From positions 7,130,001-7,194,000 of the forward strand of contig CP075492.1 in NCBI GenBank assembly GCA_021613535.1: DNA of 64,000 nucleotides, given 5' to 3'. The notes under the pieces were generated by a model, which saw only the letters and a list, made by a program, of their open reading frames with translations, did not search any database and was not told the DNA's origin. Made by a program: the position numbers and the translations under genes. Shown here one piece after another: positions 11,565 through 23,480 of the stretch. Position 1 is the stretch's first letter, and every line of letters starts with the position of its first letter. The DNA comes from Adineta vaga (lineage: Eukaryota; Animalia; Rotifera).

Positions 11565-12677
11565 TTAAATAGTGGAGATTCGTTGTGGTTTATAAAATAA
11601 TTCTACTGTTGAATTGGTACTATTAAATTGGTTAACGATTCTTTTTAATTCATTCGAATTAAAACGATTGTCTGAGATCAATAAATATCTAAGTGTTTTG
11701 ATCATAAAAATATCTGATGGTAATTGTTTTAACTCATTACTATTTAAATTTAGAGAATAAAGATTATGCACATATTGAATTTGTGGTGGAATGCTTGTAA
11801 TTTGATTTCCATCAAAATAAAAATAAACTTTAGTATCACTTTTTGAACCTAATGTACGAATGTTGACTAGATCTTTTAATTTATTATTTGCCATGTATAA
11901 ATCTGTTAATTTGGGCAGATTGATTGGGAGTTTTTCAATGGAACAATTATTTGCTTGGATAACACGGAGAAAAGGATGATCATTGAGCTGTTCAATTGAA
12001 TGAAGAAAAGGATTATTACTGAGATCGATTTGTCTTAATGAGACGATATTGATAATTGGTCTTGGTAAAATTTCCAACGAATTATATGATAAACATATAT
12101 ATATTAAATTCGTTAGATCACCAATAGATTCGGGGAGAATACGAAGATATGTTCGAACTAATTCAAGTGTTCTAAGATTTTTTAACTTACCAATTTGTTC
12201 GGGTAAAACATTAATAATTGTATCAAAAATTCCCAAATTAATTAATGTTGGCGCTAAACGTTCAATTTCTCGTGGAATTCGACCATCAGGAAAATTTGTT
12301 TTGCGTATATACAGTTCTTTCAAATGTTTAAAGCAAAAAATTATAGATGAAAATGTTCGTTCATTGGCAATATTTAAATAATAGAGATGATCATCTTTAT
12401 CCATTAAAGCATATGTTTTGTGTGATAATTTTTGTGAATAAGGATTAAGATCTATTTGGAATGGTAATGATGATAAAATATCATGATCAGTTTGATATTT
12501 TAAACAATCAAGTTTGGAATTTGACCCTAGAATATATTTAAAGAAACAACATACATTTAAATGATAAATAATTAGTTTATTATTCACCTGATCGATGTTG
12601 AGTAATACTTGCGAAAGAACTGCATAAAATAATAGTGTAAATTCGAAGAAAAGAAACATTTTGAGATGATGCGCCAT
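11565..12677 (-). CDS. Secreted leucine-rich-repeat protein (paralog 3)
   Basis: Signal-like N-terminus plus LRRs, colinear with paralogs 1 and 2 (IFC.KHL, LPKL..L....N.L..L..I.TLG). It contains a 61 nt intron-like segment at 12587-12527. Confidence 0.8.
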   Translation of the reverse strand: MAHHLKMFLFFEFTLLFYAVLSQVLLNIDQVNNKLIIYHLNVCCFFKYILGSNSKLDCLKYQTDHDILSSLPFQIDLNPYSQKLSHKTYALMDKDDHLYYLNIANERTFSSIIFCFKHLKELYIRKTNFPDGRIPREIERLAPTLINLGIFDTIINVLPEQIGKLKNLRTLELVRTYLRILPESIGDLTNLIYICLSYNSLEILPRPIINIVSLRQIDLSNNPFLHSIEQLNDHPFLRVIQANNCSIEKLPINLPKLTDLYMANNKLKDLVNIRTLGSKSDTKVYFYFDGNQITSIPPQIQYVHNLYSLNLNSNELKQLPSDIFMIKTLRYLLISDNRFNSNELKRIVNQFNSTNSTVELFYKPQRISTI

Positions 12678-13683
12678 TTTTTTAATTTATATAATATGTG
12701 TCTATATCTAAAAAGAACAATATATACATATATATATTTATGCGAGGGTGTGCAGTTTGTCATTCAATGTGTTTCACAGAAGAAGAAAATTTCTTTCTTT
12801 TCATGTGCATGTAAGACATTGTCATTGCGAAATAATTTAAACAAGAGAAGACTTGATGTATCGACGGAGCGATATAAACCGGAAAAATAAAAGCTTGGAA
12901 ATTTCCGATAACCACAGATGAATCATGTATATTCAATTGCATCATCCTTATTTTTATTCATATCGAACAGTTATTGATTCTTGTTTTTACAGATTGTATC
13001 ATCAAATCAAATGTTTCTGAGGATTGTTTTTAACAAATATCGTGTCGTGTACAAAAATGAATAGAACTTTCGAGAATAAAACAGTTTTTCGATCATGATT
13101 TATCGTGTGGGTAAAATATGAATAATAACGTGCACTTCATTAGCATGGAGGCAAGAGGATAAATAAAATCACTTCTCATTTTTGCAACAAATTTCATTTA
13201 ATTATGCAAAACATGGAAGAAAAAAAAACACAAGGTCGATTAATACAAATAAACAATCTTGTAATAATATAAATCATGATGACTTAAGTATTGTGGTATA
13301 GTACAATTGTTCTGTTTCTTCCCTACTTGACTAGTCAATCGAAATGAATATGAAAACATAATTACTCATTCTATACGATTATTAACTACGATAAATACAT
13401 AAATTTATGTATTTCTTTTACGAATTTATCTTATCATTCTTAATTTTAGATAATTGCAAAGATATTTATCGCTGTCATATTTGAATATGATAATTATATA
13501 TAAAGCCGAAGATTTCCAATCACTAAAATGTTTTTAATCAAAAACAAAAAAGAAAATGAACGAATAATAATACTGGTCTTTTCAAACGATTTTCTCTGTC
13601 TAAAATAAACGAACAATAAAACAACAAGATCAATAACAGGAAATAAAGTGTGTTGCAGTTTAAAGTTTAGTTAAATGAGATCT

Positions 13684-14475
13684 TTAACTAAGAATTTTCG
13701 ATCGTTCACGATATGCAGCCCACCAAATAAGTCCAAAAGTACAAACAGCAAAGAATTCACTGGGTAACCATGGACCATAACTTACACCCTAGAAAGCAAC
13801 CATTATATTGAAAATAGTTATTATTTAAAACAAAACAAATATCTTACGGGATGATATAATTCAACTTGACCAAATGGTTTAACTGTTTTCATTGCGTCAT
13901 CTGTACGAGCCTAAGAAACTCAATCTATTGTATCTATTTGATTTGTCTGAAATTTTCTTACTTTACGTAAAGTAGAGTACGAATCATCGTCATATAATTT
14001 GATTTTGGTACGTCCTGATGCTAATTCCTTATGTGTATTTGCGGCTACACCGATCTATACACACAGAATGTCCTTGTACTTTATCTATTACGTAAAAACA
14101 CAAATCCTTACAAAATATTTGCCAGGTGCTGAAGCTGATTGTGCGCATGGAACAACTTGGCCATTGATATCAGCATAGAGAGTACTTGGCTAAATATTGT
14201 ATCAGTTATTTGTATAATAGAAATGAATTTTAGTTCAACATACTTGTTTTCCATTTTTACATTTTACGGTAAGTTCAAGTTGAGCAGCTGATTCAGCGGT
14301 TAAACGTGCATCTCTTGTAGAATGTGAGGTAACCTTAAATTCTGGTGATTCGCAAACTTGACCTGATTTTGAAAAGGAAATTTTCGATAAAATTTTCAAG
14401 ATATAAACGTAATGAATTTGTTTTACCGTTGACTAAAGCGATTAGAGCAAGAGCAGCTAACACTATACGAAACAT
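13684..14475 (-). CDS. SSR4: Translocon-associated protein delta (TRAP-delta)
   Basis: The six-exon splice gives MFRIVLAALALIALVNGQVCESPE..LELTVKCKNG..LYADING..YDDDSYSTLRKAR..GPWLPSEFFAV..WWAAYRERSKILS, matching TRAP-delta architecture (signal peptide, luminal domain, C-terminal TM). It is missed by the ORF track. Confidence 0.9.
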
Positions 14476-14822
14476 TTTGGAAAAGTAGTGATAGTGAAAC
14501 GAACGAACGACTGGTTTGATGTATGTGGTCTGTATCGTGGCAAAATCCAAAATATATTGTTGATAAAATACATACTTTTCGCTCATTGGTGGAGATGAAT
14601 TGCAACAATAGATGGCGAAATACATCTTTCAAAAAATTCAACTTGTCATTTTTCTCAGAATTAAAATTAAAATTTGAATAAAAAAAATTAAGAAAATAAT
14701 CTTTTTTTATGATTAGTTCATATCCACCAATCGATAAAGCCCAGAGACTTAAAAAAATGAATTCATTTTTTCTTCTCTCTCTCTTTCTTTTCTTTTTTTT
14801 GTTTCTTCAGCAAACGAATAAG
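14476..14822. promoter_or_regulatory. Bidirectional promoter between SSR4 and SDF2
   Basis: 347 bp between divergent ATGs. It contains CCAAT boxes on both strands and TAGATGGCG at 14609-14617. Confidence 0.6.
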
Positions 14823-15786
14823 ATGAATATTATCGTTCAATGTTCACTTTTAATCTTTTTATTTGATTCCGTATTAACTCAACAAGATGCTGTTACGTGT
14901 AGTTCAACATTTAAATTGGTAAATCAACAATCGGGTGATAGATTACATTCGCATGATGTCAAATATGGCTCTGGTAGTGGACAGCAAGTAGGTCATATTA
15001 TGTTCATTTCGTTTTAGTTATTCTTTTTTTTCTTCTTTCTCTTTCTAGTCTGTTACGGGTTCACCGAATGCAGATGATGTGAATAGTTATTGGCAAGTTC
15101 AGGGTGAAAATTGTGATCGAGGGTATGAAGAGAGAAAGAATTGGACTGTAATTATTTTGTTTGATATACTAGAGTACCGATTAAATGTGATAGTATTATA
15201 CGATTAATTCATGTAGTAACGAAAAGATATTTACATAGTCATGATTTTGCATCGCCATTATCACATAATCAAGAAGTTTCGGCATTTGGTGAAGATGGAG
15301 TTGGTGATGCAGGTGATCGATGGAAGGTGATGTGTACAGGTAGAAATGATTATTGGTTACGAAAAGATGGAATTAGATTGCAACATGTAGTTACTGGAAA
15401 GTAAGTTATATGACTAGAAAGGACAAGTTGAGATTTTCAATAGAAACTCTTGATATTTGAAAAGTATAACATTATGTTTGAGGTCAAGTAGTAATAGTGA
15501 ATATATTGAATCTCTCGTTGAAAAATTCTCAGTCATATAACTAATTTTATCGTATAACATATTTCATTTTAGATACCTTCATTTAACTGGTGATACTTAC
15601 GGTCGACCAATTCATGGTCAAAAAGAAATTTCTTGTTATTCGCATGCTAACAGTCAAAATATTTGGAAAGTTGATGCCGGTGTCTATATTCGTACATCTT
15701 CAGAATCTGTTTCATCAACGCGAGATGAACAATCCGATACACGTTCACAATCGACATCTACTGATCATTTTGATGATGAACTTTAA
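14823..15786 (+). CDS. SDF2: Stromal cell-derived factor 2 (SDF2/SDF2L1-like), MIR-domain ER protein
   Basis: Four exons. Signal peptide, RLHSHDVKYGSGSGQQSVTG, LHSHDFASPLSHNQEVSAFG, YGRPIHGQKEI and a C-terminal DDEL ER-retention signal. Confidence 0.93.
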
Positions 15787-16083
15787 TTACACATCTATTA
15801 ATTATTTGTTTTTTTTTCCTTTTAGGTTAAATTACACTTTTTTTTTGGTTAATTAACAGAAAGAGAGTACAACAAAGATTTTTTTCTTCTTCTTCTTCTA
15901 CTCTTTCCTCGATTGTATGTTCGATGACATTCTTTCCCTTTACGTTCATTTGTTTATTTAAGATTAAATCTAAGTATTACTCGTCTTTCCTCTTTCTCTC
16001 TCATGTTAAATCTATAGACATATCATAAAGTCATTCTAGATTTGTTTGTATGCGAGTGTATTTAGCGAACAAATCATTCTACA

Positions 16084-19000
16084 ATGCCATCCCTATTTGG
16101 TAAAAGTCATCTTTATCGTTATGATATTCAAGGTGGTGCGAAAAGTCATTATCTTGTTTTTGTACATTTACCATGTTTATCTACACATTTAAAACATCTC
16201 TATCAATTGTCTTTAATACCATTTAATGAATATGAACAAGAAACAATTGAATGTTTAATGAATTATAATAGTTTAACAAATGATTGTATTCATTATTTAT
16301 TTCAACGACTTCATATACGTGATGAAAAACTTTCCAATTGTTTTGCTTTATCTTATTTTAATAAGATAAATAATCAATCCTATTGGCTTGATCCAAATCT
16401 ATCGATGAAACAACAAATACCGAAATCAGAAACGAAACCAAATTTAACATTTACAATGTTACTCTATCCACCGGTGCCTTATGGAATTACAGATGAAAAA
16501 GCTCGGTAATAAATCAATGATGATTGTAATGAAAGAATAAATCATGAAAATTTTATTTAGACGAATTTTTTATCAACAACTTTTCTGTAATTTTATATCG
16601 TCAATGTATACAATACCAAAAAATCTCATTGAAACATTAGCAGCTTATTTTCTTCGGGGTAAGATTTGATTAATTCGATAAAACTTGAACATTTTGTTTG
16701 AAATAAAGGTTGTTTTGACAATAAATTCGATGCAGATAAAAATCGTGATATTCTTCGATTGATTATAACAGCAGTAAGATATCAACATTTGCGTTTTCGT
16801 TTGTTTTCGTTTTTCTATGAATTATATAAACTCTTTGTCAAAGGTTGGCCTTTCCGAAGAAAATACGGATGAAATTAAAGAGAAAATTATTGAATTATAT
16901 CAAGATTTACATGGAATTGATAAACAATCAGCACAAAATCAATTTGTTCATCAATTATCACAATCGAATACTTATGGAATGACACATTTTGAACTTAAAG
17001 TATAACTAAATATTTCATTTCTTCTCTTAAATCATTCCTTGTTTTTTTTGTCTCTTCAGAATACATTGAATGAAGTGACTCATCTCGGACTTAATCACAA
17101 TGGTATTCATTCTCGTTCGTTATTAAGAAATGAATTTAAACTCGTAGCTTGGTAAATTGAAATCCAACTTTTCTTTAACATCTATCTCTTGTTTTTTATT
17201 ATTCACTAGTTGGCATGATATTCTATCTATTTCATCGAATAAACAACGTCAGATAACAATTACGACAAAACATGGTAGTACTAATATTCATACACTTATT
17301 TATTATACAGATTCAGCAAGTTATAATCGTTATTGTCTTCGTTTATTCCAACTTTTTTTAAATCATTTTTTTAAATATTCATCCAATCAATCAGAGTAAA
17401 AGTTCTATATTCATCAAAACTATTATTTCAATTTCTTCTTCCTATAGAAACATTCCAAAATTAGAAACACCAGTGATGAAAAAATCCATATTAATCCATG
17501 GAGCAAGTGTACCTGATCTGCGTTCTGACGGTGAATCATTAAGTAATGATCGTACACCACCATCGGCATCATCATCAACGCGTTCATCAAATAATAGTTC
17601 GAATATGTGGACAGGTAGTTTACCAAATTTAACTGTACAATTATCCTCTCGACAACAACCAACGAATGGTAAACCAAAACAAAAAACAGATCCATATACA
17701 ACATTTGCTGATAATTTAAATCATATCGAAGAACAAGAAACAATCTCACCTATTCCTATTAAGGTAAAACTATAAGTAGGATTAAGAAAATCACATTCTT
17801 TCTACAGTTATGATTGTGAATGTTTCTCATTCTACACTCAGATATTTTTTAGTAAATCATATCTCAATAGAAGAATAATCTTCTCTATTGAATCATTACT
17901 ATTGTCTTATGCAAATATTGACATATTGTATTGTGATGTAAACGAAAGATACAATTGAATTCTATGTTCATTTACTTTGTCTAGAAAGGTTCACCACGAC
18001 GTTCATTACCAGTTCCATATCAATCTCAATCACCGATGCTTAAAAAGGTAAAAAATTTTCTACTATTTTCAGCAATTTCTTTGTATCGCACGTTGTTTTC
18101 ATCTTGATCTTAATCTTAATCCCTTTTCTTTTGGGTAGTTATCGCATTATTCTTTGCTTACATCTACTACCAGTCTTGGTCTATCATGTTCTCTTGCTAC
18201 ATTTAATAAATCCTCTATTTCACCATCGATTATGAATGTTTCGAAAACTTCATCATCGATTCATCTTTCACCATGTTTTTCATGCGAATGTCTTCATCGG
18301 AATGATCAAGTAAGTGTCCTACAAATGTATATACATGCTGCATGATAAATATATGCAAGTTGAAAACGCATGCAACGTTTGATTTGTTTCGTTCTTCTTC
18401 TTTCAATTTGTTCGTTCTTCCGTTTTTTTTGTTACATCCATATATATATATATAGTTGACAGTTTGTCATTGATATGACATTTGTGTTGTGATTTACCTT
18501 GTTATATGACTCTCTCGTTGAGGTCTTTCACTATCTGCATGTAAATGAGTGGAACAATTGTTGAAGCATGTGCATGAGATATGATTTGATTCCGTATAAG
18601 TATTATTCATTTTTCTAGGATTCACTTCGACATTCACCATCGACTGTATCAGCAATATCAACTACTAGTCGAACATTTGTAGTAAGTCAAATTTTCAATT
18701 GACATCGAATCAAATGAGTTCTACATGATTTTGTTTTTTGTTGTCTTTACAGAATTCACGAACATATCTTTCATCGACCTCAGTACCACTCGAAGTTGAT
18801 ACTGTTAGCGTTCATGATGATGCACCAACAGATATTTGGGTAAGATTTTAGAATGTATATTTGAATTCGTGAGGTATTTAGATATTATTATAGAAAATGA
18901 ATAATTTATTACGCAGGTGAGAAATTTTCCCTCTCTCTCTCTCTACATAACTGACATATTGTAACCAACTGCTTATTATCCTATTGCTTGCATTTTGTTT

Positions 19001-20335
19001 TGGATTTATCAAATCATCTCTATGCTTGATTTGACGTACATAATGACAAAATAACATACTGAAAAGAAACATCAATCGCAAAATAGAGGAATCAATGTTC
19101 ATTGTCCTTATGTAAAATGCATCCGTTCAGATGATATTAGATATATTTGCTCACTGAAAATAAAGTAAACCTTTTGAATTGAAGCATTTTGTTACATATA
19201 ACATTTTAACCGCTCAATGTAACAATCTTCTGACACTTGACAGGTTTCAGGTTTCGAAATGTTAGAATATATCAAAATCGAGCTTTTGATATTAATCGAA
19301 TCTTTCAACTTTTTAGTTATCGGATTTTGATTCCAAAATATTGAACAATACTATCTACGATGAATTTGATTCGATTCCACTTGCTCGTATCAATAGTTCG
19401 ATTCAAGATGGACGATTAAGTGAAAATATTCGTCGAAATCGTTACGCTGATGTCATTCCATATGATGATACACGTGTTCGATTAATTCCAACGAAAGAAA
19501 ATCTTCATGGTTATATCAATGCATCTCATGTAAAAATTCGTGTCGAAAACACCATATATTCATACATAGCAGCGGAATCACCATTACCATTCACAGTCTA
19601 TGATTTTTGGCGAATGATATCTGGTAGTAATGTACATGTGATTGTAATGTTAATTGGTAATGATTCTCAATTATGTGCAAATTATTTTCCTAAGAATAAA
19701 AATGAAAAATGTCGAACAGATGAATTTGAAATTGAATTAATATCGGAACAAAATCGACAAGATTTTCATATACGACATTTACGATTGACAGTTATTAATG
19801 GAAAACGAACACGAACGATTGTTCATTTACAATATACAGCATGGGATGAAGCACAAATACCACTTGATACTTCATCATTTATAAGTAAAAAACGAGACAT
19901 AAGATGATTTTTGATACATAAAGAAATCTTTGTTTAGATTTCGTTAATGTTGCTAATAGTTTTCGAAGACATTATGGTGAAACAAATCCATGTCTAGTTC
20001 ATTGTACTGCTGGGTAAGAAAAATGATCGTCAGTCTATTTTCACTAACGATCTTCTGAATGAAATTGATAATTTTAGTATTGGCCGTACTGGAATTTTTA
20101 TTCTTATTCATGTTATGATTCAATGTATAACTTTTAACAAGGTAAAATCTTTACTTCAAACTTTTCTTTTCGATTTTCATTCTTTTTGTTTTTATCTCAT
20201 CTTTAGAAAGTAAGTGTTGCAAGTGTTTTGAAAGTCATGCGTGAACATCGTATGTCACTTGTTGATCGAACATATTCTTATGTTTTTGTCTATCGTTGTC
20301 TAATTGATTATCTAAAATCCTCAAGACTTATCTAA
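16084..20335 (+). CDS. Pez: FERM-domain protein tyrosine phosphatase of the Pez/PTPN14/PTPN21 family
   Basis: Multi-exon gene with a divergent FERM domain (YWLDPNLSMKQQI, YGMTHF), a Ser-rich linker with SVPDL, a PTP domain (RNRYADVIPYDDTRVRL, GYINASHV, DFWRMI, VHCTAGIGRTG), and the family-typical C-terminus LKSSRLI*. Confidence 0.85.
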
Positions 20336-20624
20336 TTATCAATACGTATACGTCTATCTATTCTCTCTCATTTAAGCATTCCATATTTGTAATTATCTAA
20401 ATATTCTCTTTTTTTTCTTTCTTTTGATATGAAAAACAAATCAAAACTTTTGTCTTTGTACTTATTTTTTTTCTCTCCTCTCTTTGTTCATTTGTGCTTG
20501 ATCAATGCGCTAAACTGTGTTCTTTTTTCTTTTTTTATTGTGTACTTATTCAATAAAACAAAAGCAATAATAAATAATTCAATGAAAAGAAGAGATATTT
20601 GACTTTCTTTCTTCAGATAAGATA

Positions 20625-23415
20625 ATGGTCGGATTATCAAATGAATCATCAACATTTTGTTTTGATCGAGATGAATTATCTAAGGTAGAAATCAATGTTC
20701 AACAAGTATTCTCTTTGATCAATAATGTCTATATTTTTATTTTAGACGGATTTTAATGTTGACGCATTTGTTGTAAAATATAAACGAGAAGTTGGATTAG
20801 AAAAATTACGGGATGATTTAGATTTATTTCTTCGTGTTCTTCAATCGAATATGGTTGATTTAATCAATCGAGATTTTGCAGATTTTTTGAATTTATCAAC
20901 AAATTTGGTACGAAATTTAACAATGTTATTTTCGTTCGAAAAGAAAATCATTCGATGGATTTGTTTTAGGTTGGTTTCGATAAATCAATAACAACATTGA
21001 AAAATCCATTGAGTGCAATGAAAGTGGATATTATGGTAAATGAGATTAGGCGATTATGTGTTGAAAGAAAAGAATTTGATTTAATTTTTGTTTTTTTTCG
21101 TTAGAAAATCAATGAAATTTTAAGTACTCAACGAAAACAAATCGAAGAAAAAGTACGTGAACAAGAAGCAATTCGTAAACGAAGAGAAATTATTCAATCG
21201 ATTATTGATGTGCAAAAGTCTGTACAACAATTAAATGAACTTGATGATGCAATTAATCTATCAAAGTAAACATTTCATTTCAATATATCGATAAAAAATC
21301 GTTCTGTCTTTCTTTGCTAGAATCGATATGAGTGAAATGATCGAACGTACCATTGTACAATTTAGTTTTATTTCCATTCAATTAGATAAATGTGGAGAAA
21401 ATGAACCAACAGTTGAATCATTAAAAACAGTAAGAAGATTTCTTCGAGCGAAAGATTTTATTTATCTAAATTCGCATTATTCGTTAGACAATTGAAAATC
21501 TTCGTCGAGTATTTGAAAAACGTTTAACAACTGCATTTATGGATGCCTATCGCGAACCAAATATGCCGTTGTTAGCAGACTCATTAAAAGGTTTAGCATC
21601 GATATCACTTCAAACAGTTGCAGAACAAACATTTGCCAATGAAATTGTTCGACCATATATGGAAAAAGTCAGTTAAATATTCATCTAAGTTCGATTGTTA
21701 GTTATTGATATGTGTTTTAGAATATTCGAAATATCTTATTACAATCCAGTGATATATCACCTGCATTTACACGAACATTAGATTTTATTCGTACGGAATG
21801 TAAAGCCATGCTCTATGTTATTGAACGTATCAATCGTGAATGTGGTAGTCATTTTGATTTTGTTGTTAATTCAATTTTTCCACAATTAACGCAATGTCTG
21901 GAAGAATCTTCTCAAAATTTTTTCTCTGCGGCTGATCCAGAAATATTTCACGAACGATATTCATCTTGGTTACAATTTATCTCTGAATTGGAAAGTCTTC
22001 TATCGAAAACAAGTGAACAAAATCTAAAAAATTCTCAAACTTATCAACATTTTTCTTCACGATGGGATGTAATTGTTTATTATCAAATACGATTTTTAGA
22101 AATTTCGAATGCAATTGAAAACATTCTTGTGAATCAACCATTTGCATTAAATGAAAAGATAGATTCTTCATATAAAACATTAATTACTTCAACAATCTTT
22201 CAATCTATTGAACGATGTTGGCAAACAAATTATTTTCTTGAACCATTAGTACATCAATTTTGGAAATTAACTTTACAATGTATTGTTCGATTTCGTGTAT
22301 GGATTGAAACATTTGATGTAAGTTTGTGAGAAGTAAAGAATAATCTTTTCGTTAATAATTTGAAATTTAATAGGGAAAAACAATGGATATGAAATTTCTA
22401 TTGAATCTCTACATTGATTTGAAAGTTTTTTGTGAAGAAGTAAAAACATTTTTTGAGAAAACAATTCTTGGTGAACGATTAACATCAATTATTTCTGTAT
22501 CGCCTAATATTACAAGGGAATTAACTAATGGTAAGGATACATATATATAAATAGAACATAATTGTGATCTTTTAAATTTAGTTTTGGATGAAACACTTTC
22601 AAATTTAATGAATAAATCTCGTCTTGATTTGAAGAATTTAGTAATTCAACAATTAATTCAACGTTGTAATGATGCACTTCAATCTGTACAAGATATACCT
22701 CGAATGTATAGAAAGACCAATCGAGAAGTAAGTTTAAGGTTATATTAACTTAGAACAGAATAAAAATGTACTCAAACGACAGAGATTGATAATCTTTGAC
22801 CTTTGACATTCTTCGACATAGACTCTACGTGATGTATTTATCTGATATTTCCCACTCAAACAACAGGAATATTCATAGAAAGAATCGAGATTAGTATGTG
22901 TACATCGATCAAATACAATTTCTTTTCTTTAGGCTCCAACAAAACCATCAAATTGTATTCCGACAACATTTCGTCATTTACAAACATTTGTCAATGATTT
23001 TAATGATACATTGTTAACATCTGATGAATGTCAAGAATTTCTTGCAATAACTTTGGAAGAAGTTACTAAACAGTATATCCTTCACTATCTGATTATTGCT
23101 TGTAAAAAAAAGTTTGGTGTTTTTTTTCCTTCTAGTTATTATGATTTATGTTCGGAAATTTTATCATCAGTGAAAAAAATGGAAGAAAATATACAACGTT
23201 TACGACGTGTTCGTGAATCGTCCAAAGCTTTGTCGAATATGACACAAAGTATGACCACATCTTCGACAGCTTCTTTAACCGATGATAATAAAATTCGTTT
23301 ACAAATTCAAAATGATGTCAATGCATTTTCTACTGAACTTGAAAAACTCAATATTGATATTGAATCGTCGAAGAAATTAGCTATTCTTAATGAAGAAAGT
23401 CGCTTACAAATTTAA
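20625..23415 (+). CDS. COG2: Conserved oligomeric Golgi complex subunit 2
   Basis: Multi-exon. FCFDRDE..DFNVDAFV..LEKLRDDL..LINRDFADFLNLSTNLVG, RWDVIVYYQIRF, DIPRMYRKTNREAPTKPS and DDNKIRLQI all match COG2. Confidence 0.93.
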
Positions 23416-23480
23416 TAAACATTGACTTTTCTTTGCAATTCTGTTTTTTTCCCTTCTTTTTAAATAAATAATACTTTTAG

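Noticed and set aside
10040-12381. Plus-strand ORFs 10040-10240 and 12049-12381
   Set aside because: They are antisense shadows of the LRR coding sequences.
22810-22850. Possible C/D snoRNA boxes in a long COG2 intron
   Set aside because: The C box is imperfect and too close to CTGA, and there is no terminal stem.
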